DNA of 64,000 nt from positions 248,001-312,000 of the forward strand of contig QPMI01000049.1 in NCBI GenBank assembly GCA_004431415.1. The letters run 5' to 3'. Below, piece by piece: positions 1 to 11,370 of this stretch (position 1 is its first letter; each line of letters begins with the position of its first letter). The notes beneath the pieces are model-generated. The model ran no database searches. It was not told where the DNA came from and worked only from the letters and a program-made list of their open reading frames with translations. Position numbers and translations under genes: made by a program. The stretch comes from Cyanophora paradoxa CCMP329. Lineage: Eukaryota > Plantae > Glaucophyta.

Positions 1-466
1 CGCGCGTGTGAACGTGGCGCGGGCGCGTGTGCAGACGGAGCCGAGCGCCACGATGCGGGTCAACGTGGACGCTGATGGCCGCTCGGTCGAGGCGTTCAGG
101 TGCCCGCCGCGGCCCGCCCCGCGCTCCGGATCCCGGCCCCGCCGCTCACGTGCACGCACGCCCTCGCCCGCCGTCCAGGCTCACGCTGCTCCCGTCCTGG
201 CGGGCGCTCGGTCGCGACCTCGCGCTGCGCGGCCGATGGGTGCCCGCCGCGCCGCGCCGCGCTCTGCGGCGCCGGCGCTCAACGGGGGCCCATCTCGGGC
301 GGCGGCATGCGCAGGCTGAGGGCGGGGCGCCGCTGCCCGGCCCGCCGGCGCTGCGGCTGCGCCTGGAGGTGGGCGAGGCGGCGGCGTCGGCGGCGGGCAA
401 GCGGCCGCCGTCTGCCGCCGAGCTGCGCGACGGCGCGTTCGAGCAGGCGCGTGGCCCGCGCGCGCA

Positions 467-516
<50 letters not shown>

Positions 517-3500
517 GAGGGAGGGATCCTGACACCGGAGCCGCAGGTGTCGAAGAGCCTGCGGAGCATGCCGCCCCCGCCCCGCCGCCGCGGCTGCAGC
601 CGCTGGCCCAGGCCTTCGCCGACTCGTCCGCGTCGGAGCGGCTGGCGCTCGTCGCCGCCGCCATCGCCGCCTCGGCGCTGGAGCCGGCCGCCGAGGGCGC
701 CGCGCCCTCGCCCGCGGCCGCCGCCCTCGAGGACGCCTTTGCCGGGCTCCGCATCGCCCAGGAGGCCACCGACCCGCCGGAGGAGGCGGGACCCGAGGAC
801 CGCGCGCCCCCTCGCCCTCGCACCGTGCGGCTCCCCGGCCCCCTCTCGAAGCTGCAGCTCGCCGCGCTGACGTACCCCCTTCGCAGAGGACGGGCAGCCG
901 CGCCGTGCGCACGCGCGCGAACGCTCGCGCGCGAGCCGAGCCGCCCCGCCGACCCGCGCGCGCCCCGCAGCGCTGGCGTACGCCGTCGTCGACCAGCGCG
1001 ACGCCATCCTGGCCCTCGTGGAGCGCACCGCGGCCGCCCTCGAGGCCCGCCCGCTCCCCGACGGGCGCCCGCAGCCGGCGCTCGCCGCCCTCGCCGCCCT
1101 CGCCGCCGTCCTGCGGGAAATGAAGCCAGAGCCGGGGGACGCCCCCTCGCCCCGGCCCCTCGGCGGCTCCCTCTTCGCGATCGAGGCGCTGGACGAGCCG
1201 CCCACGGAGACGCTCCCGCCCTGGACCGAGCCGTACGACGCGGAGGCGGAGGCGGAGAGCTGGCGGCTGCTGCGGGGGATGGAGGGGCGCCTCGAGGCGG
1301 CGCGGGCGGCCCCGGGCCCCGCGCAGCGCGCGGCGGCTGCCATCGATGCGGCCGGGCTCCTCTGCAGCGACGCCCTCCTCCTGTCCCCCTGGGTACGCTC
1401 CTTCGAGGGGCGCCTCTCCCTCCGCCGCGCCCTCGTCGTCATCCGCGAGGCATCGGGTACCTTTGCCCAGGTCCGCGCCGCCGCCGCGCCCCCCCCAGAT
1501 CAGATCTCATATCAGATCTGAGCAGGTGGCGCGCGTCGCGAACCACCTGCGGGCCGCCGCCATGCGCCGCCTCCGCGCGCTGTGCGCATCCTCCCCGCCC
1601 TCGCCGCCCTCGCCGCCGCCTCGCCGCTGTTAGCTAATGCGTACCCCCCGCAGGCACCGCTCCGAGGACGCGATCCGTGGGACGCTGGACGCGGTCGAGG
1701 CGCTCCGGTGCACCCCAGCGATCCCCCGCGCCGCCCTCCCCGCACGATCCGGCTGCCGCTTGCTGATGCAGTGGCACCCCACCCCGCCCCGCCCCGGCGC
1801 CGGCGCGCTCAGACCAAACATGTGCGCTCGGCCTTCGGCCTTTCGGCTCGGCTCTTATGGTTGGGGCTAACGGCGGGGAGTACGGCGCGCAGAAGCTACG
1901 CCGTACCCGACCTGCACGCGGTGCCCCTGGGAGCGGTCCTGGAGCTCCTGCAGCAGGCGCTGGCGGCCGCCCGCGGGCTGGCGACGGCGGGGCCGGCCCC
2001 CGGCGAGGCCGCCGGCCCCACGCTGCTCTGGGCCGAGGTCCTGATCGCGCTCGGCGGGCAGTACGTCATGGTCCGCGGCGCGATCGCGCCCGCAAAGATA
2101 AGAAGAGAGAGAGAAGTGGGACGCGGCGCCTGCCTGACCGTTTCCGGGCAGGACGGGCTGATGGAGGAGGGGGTACAGCCCCTCTTCGAGGCGTGGTCGC
2201 TGCTGCTGCGCTGCGGCCCCGCCGGCTGCCCCTCCCGCCTCGAGGCCCGCACCATCTCTCTCCTGACCGAGGCCCACGGCGCGCCGTACCCCCCCCCCCC
2301 CGCCCCCCCAAAGACCTCGTTTTCTTTCGCCTGATCGTGAAGATTCGTATCTTCTGCTGCTGCAGGATTCGAGCCGATGGCTTACCGCCTCGCGGAGCGG
2401 CTGTACTGGTACAAGGAAGGGTTACAGGACCTCCACGCCGAAGCCCGCGCCTGCGCCTCCCTCGGTGCGCGCTGTACCCCCCCCCTCCCCCTCCGCCCCA
2501 AGCCCCGGCTCCACTCTGACCGCCCCGCCCCGAAGCGCACTTGGCGATGGGGGCGGGCCGCCTTGCCAAGGGCCAGGGCTTCATCGACCGCATGTTCGAG
2601 ATCTACCGCGCCCTGCCCCCCGCCGAGCGGTCCGCCCGCCCAAATCAACATTCGGCCCCCGCGCCCCCCGCGCCCAACTGTACCCCCCACAGGGAGCGGG
2701 AGTCGATGGGATACAGGGCGGCCGAGCTCTCGATCATGCTGGCGCTCCGGTTTGCCCTTTCATTTTGAAAGCCTTTTCGATCCCGATGTCGGCCGTGAAT
2801 TTTAACCTGTCTCGCAGGGCGGGGGACTTCCGGGGGGTGTACGAGCACGCGCGCACCTGCTGCATCCTCGCCATCGCCCACTTCGACCGCGCCCAGTGTG
2901 TCCCCCCCTTGGGGCCGAGCGGGCGGGGCCGCCGCCGGCGCCGAGCGGCCGCCCTCGCTCTCGCAGCCCGCGGTCTGTACCCCCCAGCATGAGGAACTTG
3001 CGGTACCTCGCCGCGACGGGCGCCCCCCTCGACGTCCACCTCGAGTTCTTCAAGTTCTTCTTGTGCGCGTACCCCCCCCCCCGCGGCGTGAGTCACGCCG
3101 ACGGCGCCAGTCACGCGCGCACGGCAGGTACGTGTCGGCGGTGTGCGACCCGCACAGCCTGAGCTCGGCGACGATGCACGGCCTCTGCGCCGTGGCGGAG
3201 CTGCAGGCGCGGCTGGGCCTCTGGCGCCCGGCCTCCCGCCTCTTCGCCCTCGCCCTCGGCGCCGCCGCGCGGTACCCCGGGGCCTACCCCCCCGACCACC
3301 CCCGCATCCGCCGCCTCCGCGCCGCCATCGCCCTCTGCGAGAAGTTCGCAGGGCAAGCCCCGGGCCCCCATGGCCACGCCCCGCGGCCGCCCGATCAGGC
3401 CTCCGGATCCGGCGCCGGCGCCGGCGCCCCCAGGTCTAGGTCTGGACCAGATCTCGGGCCCGTGCCCAGCGGGCCGTCCCCCGGGCCCGGCTCTGGCTTC

Positions 3501-3530
3501 AGCTGGGATCCCGGAGTCCGACGGTCATGA
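1..3530 (+). CDS. Multi-exon hypothetical protein, alpha-helical/TPR-like C-terminus; 5' end probably outside the window
   Basis: Chain of short exons with GT/GC-AG introns (e.g. cag|ACGGAG at 34, TTCAG|gtgcc at 100). Spliced peptides include GDFRGVYEHARTCCILAIAHFDR and AVAELQARLGLWRPASRLFALALGAAARYPGAYPPDHPRIRRLRAAIALC; stop TGA at 3528-3530. Confidence 0.55.
468..515 (+). repeat. (CCG)16 trinucleotide microsatellite (poly-Pro if exonic)
   Basis: 16 perfect CCG units read directly. Confidence 0.95.
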
Positions 3531-3936
3531 TTCCGCAGCCGTCAGCATTCATGCTGGCCTGGCTAGTACTAGGTTTTATAATTAGCGCTGATCATGACGC
3601 GGAGCGAAGCTTAAGAAATCGATATCGATATCATATGCATAGTATATCATGTATCACGGCACTAGTGAACGTACTGCATGTGTTCGCGCATGCGCATTTC
3701 ATCGTCGACGTACGTCGACATCGACGTCGGTTCTAGATCTAAATCTCGGGAGCCGCTGTCAGCCCGCTGGGCCTTCGTTGTGTCGCAACGAACTCGGAAC
3801 TCACAGTCTCATGCAGTCAAAATCACTGGGGCGGAAATTAAAGGGGCTAAGTGAGGAGGCCTAGCTATAGGGTACCCCGGCCCGGATCGCGGCCCGCGCC
3901 GGCGCCGAATTCGAATTCTCGATCGCGGCCGCAAAG

Positions 3937-6366
3937 ATGCCCTCGACTGTATATCGACTTGCATCGAGTTCCGGGATGATCATGGACTTGATCGGAGTCC
4001 GCGTCTGTGTGGAGTTGACGCAAGAAGCGAGCCCTGAGGATCGCGCGAGGCGTCTCGCGGCCGTCGAAACCGCGCACAGCAGCGCCGAGGCGCTGCTCGG
4101 CGTTCTGAGCGGCGACGATGCGCAAAGCATTGCGGACGCGTGCTCGTGGAGGCGCCTCGGTGTCGCGGATCCCATCACGGGAGTACTAGTGCAAACTGAT
4201 CATCCGCGGGAACCGAGCGCGGCCATCTCCACGCTAGCAGAATGGGGCGGGTGCGTTCTTAGGTCTCGCGTACGGACACGCTCGCGACCGCACGCTGCGC
4301 GCAGATGGAAGGTTCTGCGCGACCGCTTCGTCGAGGGTCGCCCGAATCTGCGATGGCCGTCGAGGCCCTTTGAACTCGTGGTGTACAGAGCCAGCATTTC
4401 TTGGCCGGAAGTCATCCGCATCTGCGATTTGGGCATCATGCACCTCATGGTCAGCGCTTTGGGTGCAATAGCAATTGCCTGCCCTTCTCCTCTCGTGCTG
4501 ACGCTCTGCTCCCGCAGATCCTGGGAGGAGGCGCGCGCGTCTGGCGGCTTCTCCTGTCGGACGCGCCGCTGCTCGACGCGCTGTGCGCCGCGGCAAGCTC
4601 GAGCGCGTCAGCCGCGACTGGCGGTGCGGAGCTGCTGGCGATGCGGACGATGCAGTTGATTGCGGACGTGCTCGATATGTCGAGCGAAGTAAGGCCGCTC
4701 GAGTTCATATCGCCGACCGCTACGTATACGCCGATCTAGATCGTCGTTGACGTCAATTGCAAACTGCGCAGTTGCGGGACGAGCTCGCGCGGCGCGAGCT
4801 CTGGCGGCCGGCCGTCGAGTGGCTCCGTCGGGCGGGACCCGCCCTCGAGGACCCGATGCTGTACACTACCCGCGACTGTGCGCGCGAGCGCTGCTTTCGC
4901 TTCTCTAGATCTGTCGCCCACAATTGCAACATTAACATTAACATGCACACATCGATTGCTCGCAGCGCTCATGGGCCTCGGTGTATTCGCGCTCGAGCTG
5001 ACCCATGCGGCCGCCAGCACAGTCCGAAACTTCCTTCTTCACAACCAGGTCTGCCCCCAGCCGCTCCTCCGCAGCTTCGTCGCGCGCGCTTTTCACGGAA
5101 GCTCCGCTTCGCGATCGACTTCGCTCAGATGACGGAGCAGACTGCGCGAGCGCGCGACGACGCGTACTGCGCGATAAAGGACGACGAAAGTGCGCGCGTG
5201 CTTGCGACCTCTCGCTTATGATCCAGCTTGCGATTGCTTCTCAGCGTTCTTGTTTCTTTCGCGCGCCTCACTGCCCGTGCAGAGGATCCGGCATACGCCA
5301 GGACGCTCGCTCGCTGCCGCGGCGTGGTGGCGGGCGCCCTGGGCGCCGGGCTCGTCCCCGCTGCCGAGATCATTCTCTTTGCCCTCTTGCGCCGCATCGA
5401 CGACGCCGAAAAGTCCGTACCCGCGCGCCACGCTTCCCAAGGCCGCCTCTCGCGCTCCCCTGAAATGGCGCAGCGGCGCGCCCCGCGAATGGCCATGGAC
5501 GATCATAAAGCAGGAATCCCTCGAAGACGCGACCTTGCAGGTACTCGACTCGCTTTCGTGCGCGTACTCCTACCCCCCTCCCCCCCCCCTCCCCCTCCGC
5601 CTTACCCCCTAGGCTGGTTTAAAGATTGTTCTGAAGACGATATCGATGGGTGCGCAGCCTCTCTCAGCATCGGGACAGGTGTGCCATTCCTGGCAGCCAT
5701 TCCTGCCCTCGCCTTGCCAGCGTTCTCCGCCACATATCATCCCGCCCAGTTCGACCTTCAGTGCGTATCTTATACAAAATAATAATACTACCATCCAGAT
5801 TCGCCGATCGCGATCCACGTTGATCAGACGCCGCGCCCCGCAGCCGCGAAACCTGAGCCTCGTAATGAAATCGGCTGCCACAACTCTTCTGGTCTCGATG
5901 GGGGAGCTCCCTGTAAACGCCGTCAAGAAAGCAGGACGAGCGCTCCTCCGCGCGACTTTCCACGAAACCATGGCGCGTCCGATCCTCGCAGATCGATTAT
6001 CTAGAATTGGGGCTTTCTGACATCGATATCGCGACGTCGTCAGCCGAAAGGGTGTCTTCGCATCTGCGGGAACGCGAGCCGGCGGCGGCCCGGCTGCGTG
6101 CCGGAGGAGCCCACGCCCCAAGCCTTCTCCAAGTGCTCAGGCTGCAAGCAGGTCGGCCTAACCCGTCGCCAGGGCCCCCTCTGCCCATGCGGCCGACGCC
6201 GCCCCTTCAGGTGTGGTACTGCTCGGCGGAGTGCCAGAAGGCGGCGTGGAAGGAGCACAAGCCGCGCTGCCGGGAGCTCAGGCGGGCCTTCGACGAGGCC
6301 GAGGCGAAGCTCCAGGCCGCGGCCACCGAGGCGGCGGGAGGGGCTGCACATCAAACTACGGCTTGA
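3937..6366 (+). CDS. Multi-exon protein with C-terminal MYND-type zinc finger
   Basis: Last two exons splice (AAGCAG|gtcgg..ttcag|GTGTGG) to ICGN..GC..FSKCSGCKQ/VWYCSAECQKAAWKEHKPRC, the MYND signature. ATG at 3937, stop at 6364-6366. Confidence 0.8.
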
Positions 6367-6390
6367 CCGTCAAGATCCGGATCAGTCTCA

Positions 6391-6446
6391 CACCCCCGAC
6401 CCCCGCCCCCCCTCCCCCCCTCCCCCCCCCCCCCCTCCACCCCACC

Positions 6447-6483
<37 letters not shown>

Positions 6484-6751
6484 CCTCAAACCGGCCCCCC
6501 CCCCCTTCACCCCACCCCCCAGCGCCTCCGGAAAGGCCCGGACCCGGAGCGCCTCCAGAAGCCGCGGCAGCTGGCCAAGCGCTGGACTCTTTCTAATTAG
6601 AACACGTGAGCGGTTCGAGGCTTGCGTGGCCTCTGTGGGGGTGGGTGGGGAGGGGAGGGAGGGAGGGGGGTGGGGGAGAGGGGGGGGGAGGGGTAGGGGG
6701 GGGCAGGGAGGGGGAAGGAGGGGGAAGGGGGGGGGAGGGGGGGGGAGGGGG
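6391..6751. repeat. Low-complexity intergenic tract: C-runs with (CA)n near 6448-6478, then a G-run tract
   Basis: Direct reading; lies between the convergent MYND and SET genes. Confidence 0.85.
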
Positions 6752-6931
6752 ATGGCTAGCTAGCTAGTGAGGCAGAGGTCGAGTTTTCTCCGGGCCCTTA
6801 CCCCACCCTAGATTTCTGCCGCCCGACCCCAATGCGTACTCAATCACTCATAGCATAATAACTGAGTCACAAGCATAATATTAATTATATATAATTATGC
6901 GGGGGTCATCAGTCAAATTATTATTAATTAT

Positions 6932-8078
6932 CTAATCAGTCAAAATCACGTGCGGAGCGGAGAGGGGCCGCGCGAGGAGAGTCCGGTACTTGGCGGCGTC
7001 GCCGCCGTCGGCCCCCTCCGCAACGACGGTGGCGGCCAGGGCGCGCTGCAGCCGGGCCCGCGCCTCCTTGTGCCGCCCCGAGTGCTTGAGCAGCTGGTAC
7101 GCGTCGTACATCGCGCGCGCGACGGGCTGCGTGTCCAGCACGTTCTCCTCGGCCAGGAGCCGCGCGAGCGCGTCGGCCATCGCCGCGCCCTCCTCCGGCC
7201 GCCCCAGGTGCGCGTGCATCGGGATCGCCTCGTCCAGGCGGGCCGCCTCCGCCCGGCGGGCGTCGCTGGCCGCGAGGGCCTCCCCCTCCAGCGAGCACGC
7301 CGGACACTCGCAGAGGAAGCCGAACTGCTGCTGGAGGAAGGCGCGGCGGGCGGCGCGGGTCTGGTGCGACGCGGCGTAGTCCGTGCAGAGCTCCTCCCCC
7401 TCCCGCACGTCGCGAATTGTGTGGATCACTTCAACCTGTTACAAATTGAATTAGTTGAACAGCAGCAGCAGTTTTTAATTTCAAGCATATGCATTTTAAT
7501 TCAGAGCTCACCCCCTTCTCCTTGTTCCAGCTGTGGTGCACATTTGCGCAGCACGAGTGGTTGAAGCGGGCGGCCTGCAAGAACAGGCCAGACGTGCTGG
7601 CGCCCGCGCCGAGGGGCAGGGCGTTCGTGCGAAAAGTGCCGGACGCCGTCCGGGGCCGTCCCTCTCGCCAGCCGTTCTCGCGCAGATCGAAGAAGGCCGC
7701 GCGCTGGCGGTCGTCGAGCCGCTCGAGACCGCGCTCGATGTCCCGCGGGCCGGTCGCCACAATCAGCGGCGGGTCCTCGAGCAGCCGCTCCCCCGCCGCT
7801 ATGTCCCGCGTCGCCACCGCGCCGAGGCCCTTCCCCGGCACCGGCCGGATCGCGAAAGCCGGCGCCGCGGGCGCCCGGGGCGAGCTCTCTAGCACGCGGA
7901 CGTTGGCAGCTTGGACGCAGAGCAGCGCGCCGTCGATGAGGATGACTGGGATGCGCCCGCGCTGGCGGCAGTCGGCTGCGAGCTTGCTGTCTTCGGAGGG
8001 CAGGACCAGCCCGATCTTGCCGTTCTGTTCCGGCGAGCTGAGGCCGCGCAGCTGAACGACGCTACCCACGCACGCCAT
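6932..8078 (-). CDS. SET-domain lysine methyltransferase (SET5/SMYD-like) with C-terminal TPR-like helix; 2 exons
   Basis: GKGLGAVATRDIAAGE, RFNHSCCANV, GEELCTDY and post-SET FLCECPAC motifs. Intron 7436-7511 (GTGAG..ACAG) joins the frames. Confidence 0.9.
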
Positions 8079-8395
8079 AGCGACTTGCCGAAGTTGAGCT
8101 GCACAGCTGCCAGGCTGGCAAAGCACGCGCGCAAGTTACGTGTGACCATATGCATGGCCGGTAATTCAACAAGAAAAATTGTATTATTACTAATCATAAG
8201 AGTGTTCGATCGAAAATTCGCTCGAATCGTAAAAACCGCTTTCTTTACTTTTTGTTTCCGCCATCTTCCCTCCCTCCCTCTTCTCAAACCGCGGAGTCGG
8301 CGCGACTACGTACTCGTTGATTTGGTTCGGATACACAAACTGGCACGGGCTGGCGCCAACGTTCGCTGGCGCGGGGGACCGCGCCCGGGGCCCGC

Positions 8396-11332
8396 TCAGT
8401 GGGTGGCGAGGGGCCGGTACTGAGCGCGGGCGCGCGCGGGCCGACATTAGAGCCGCCGAGCTGGAGGCCGGGGCGAGGGCGGGGGAGGCTTCGCGCACCT
8501 TGATGCGCTTGGGCTCGACGTTGCCGAGGCGCTTCCGCCGGTCCGCCTCGTACTCGTCGAAGTTGCCTGCCCCGCCCCCGGCCCCGGGCCCCGGCCCCGC
8601 CTCAGGCCCCGTCTTCGAGAGGCCAAGGGCCCCTTCCGGCCCCTCCCGACGCTATGGAAGGCCAGGGCCAGGGGGGGGGGGGGGGGGGGGGGGGGAATGC
8701 GTACCCGGGTAGAAGACGACGTTGCCGTCGTCCTCGAAGGCCAAAATGTGCGTCGCGATGCGGTTCAGGAACCACCTGCGGGGCGTCAGCTGCGAGGCGT
8801 AGCGGGGCGGCGCCTTGCAGGCGGGGCGCGCGCGCCGGTCGTGGGAGATGATGAGGGCGCAGCCGCCGAAGCCCTCCAGCCTGCGGGCGGGCGGGCCGGC
8901 GGGCGTGCGGGCGGTCAGACGGAGGCTGGACGCGACGAGCGCCCTGTCATCAGCGCACCCGTCCTCGAGGGCGCGCAGCGTGTCGACGTCCAGGTCTGGG
9001 GGGAGGGGGTAGGGGCAGGGCGCCTCAGGTGAGCGCCTGAGCGGGAGGGGGGGCGGGGGGGTAGGAAGGGTTGAAGGACCGTTGGTGGGCTCGTCGAGCA
9101 TGAGGACGTTGCCGCCGCTCTTCAGCACGCGCGCCAGGTTCAGACTGCCCCAAAATGAGGGGGAGGAGCAGACGAAGAAGGGAGAGGCGGAAAGGAGGAG
9201 GGGAGGGCACCGGTTGCGCTCGCCGCCGGAGAGGACCCCGGCCTTCTTCTGCTGGTCCCCGCCCCGGAACCCGTACAGGCTGCAGTACGCCCGCGACTGG
9301 TAGAAGGGGGCGGGGTGAGGGCTGGGCTGAACGCGGTAAGAGGGGGTGGGGTGGGGGCTCACGTTGAGGGTGCGGGCGCCCAGCTTGATCTCGTCGTTCC
9401 CGCCCGAGATCGACTGCGGCGAAAGGTGAGCGCGGCGCGGGGGAAGGGAGAAGGGGGGTACGGTGCCCGCTCGCCTGCCAGACGGTCTCGTCGGCCTCCA
9501 GGCCCGTGCGCTGCTGGTCCACGTACCTGGGTGCCGGACGTTGGAAAAGATGGGGGGGGGGGGGGGGGGGGCGAGCGAGGGCCGGGGAGGGGTACAGCGC
9601 ACATGAGCTTGACGGTCTGGCCGATCTCGATGTCGCCCGAGTCGGGCTTGTCCAGTCCCGCGATCATCCTGGCGGCGGGGGGGGGAAGGGGAAGGGGGGT
9701 ACGCGTCGTGAGGAAGGGCGCGGGTCCGGTCGGGCGGAGGGTGGAAGGGGAGGCACTTGAAGAGCGTGGTCCTGCGCGGCGCAGGCGCCGGCGTCAACAC
9801 GGAACGAAAGAAACAGACAGGGCTGGGGGCAGGGGAGGGGGGAAAGAGGGGGCGCGGGGGTACGCACTTGCCGGCGCCGTTGCCTCCGATGATGCCGACG
9901 ATGCCGCCCTGCGCCGCGCCGCCCCCCGGGGCCTCAGAGACGGCGCCGGCCGCGCCCATCGCTCTACGCCTCTAGCTAGCCGCGAGGCGGAGCTTGCAGC
10001 CGGGCCGGGCCGCGGGGCCGATCCCGCGCCCAACGACCCCTCTCACGTAGCACAGGGTCAGGGGTACGGGGGCGCACGGAGGGGACGTCGAAGGTGACGC
10101 CCTCGTAGAGCAGCCGCTCCCCGAAGCTCTTCTGCGCCCCCCGGAGCCCAAAGGCCGCGCTCAAGAGAGAGAAGAGGGGAGGTGGGGAGGGGCCGGGGGG
10201 AGGGGGGCGTCTCCTTTTGAGGAGGGAGCGCAGTAGGGCGCTCCCCAGAGGCTCAGGGGGGGAGGAGGCGCGGGGGGGGAGCGCACGGAGACGCCCTCGA
10301 AGGAGATGACGCGGTCCCCGAGGCGCGGGCCCGGCGGGATGTCTGCGGGGCGGGGTCGGGGCTCCCGCGTCAGGGGAGCGGGGCGGGGCGGGGCGAGGGG
10401 AGGATGAGGGAGGAGCGAGGGAAGGAGGCGCAGCGACGGGGCGGCGAGGCGGGGCGAGCGAGGCGGGGAGGGGGGCGGCGGGGGCAGGTTTAGATGTACG
10501 ATGTAGAGCCGGCTCCGGGGGGCGGGGGGGGCGGGGGAGCGGCGGGGGGCGGCGGGGCGGGTGGCGGGCGCGGACAGATCTCGGCCTGCTGGACGCGCTC
10601 GTTGCCGTCCTCCTTGAGGAGCTCCTCGTAGCGGCTGATCCGCGCCTTGCTCTTCGCCTGCCGCGCCTGCGCGGCGCACGGGGCTCAAAAGGAGGGGGAG
10701 GAGGGGGAGGAGGGATGGGCGCGGCGCTCTTAATATCCTTTGAGATTATGCACGCGGTCCGGGGCGGGGCCGCCTCAGGCGTCGACGACGGAAGGGGAGG
10801 CGGCGGCAGGAGGGAGGGAGGGGCGAGGGCGCGACCGGCCACTCTAGGAAGCTAGCTGGCTAGCGAGGCCGCTTAAGGCGCAGGAGGAGGGGGCGGGGGG
10901 GCGGGCGGGCCTTGGGGGCCATGGAGATCCACTCGAGCTCGCGCTCGAGGGTCCGCTGCCGCTGCTTGTCGCCCTTCTCCTCCTGCGCCAGCCGCTTCGC
11001 CTTCTGGTCCAGCCACGAGCTGCCGCGGGCCGGAGCGGTGAGCGGCGGGGGGAGCGGAGGGAAGCTCTAGCTGTAGCTGAGCTTGGCTTGGGCTCCTGCT
11101 AGAGGCGATGCCGCCGCCCGCGGCGCGGCGCCCTCGCTTTGCACTCGTGCTCCTACTGCCCCGCCCTGCCCGGGCACGCCTGCCCGGGCTTCTATTGCCC
11201 TGCCTCTGCCCTTCTACTGCGAGCTCGGGCTCGAGCTCTAGGCTCAGCTCTAGCGCCCTCGCTTTGTACTCCTGCTTCTCCTGCCCCGCCCTGCGCCCGC
11301 ACCTGTAGTTGCCCTGCCAGGGGATGCCCTGC

Positions 11333-11370
<38 letters not shown>

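Noticed and set aside
27-1637. Long six-frame ORFs such as 536 aa here and 515 aa at 15274-16821
   Set aside because: Arg/Pro/Gly/Ala-rich read-through of GC-rich exons and introns; the real coding frames switch at splice sites.
3937-8078. Split SMYD system from adjacent MYND and SET genes
   Set aside because: Convergent, independently complete genes from large families; adjacency alone is not evidence.
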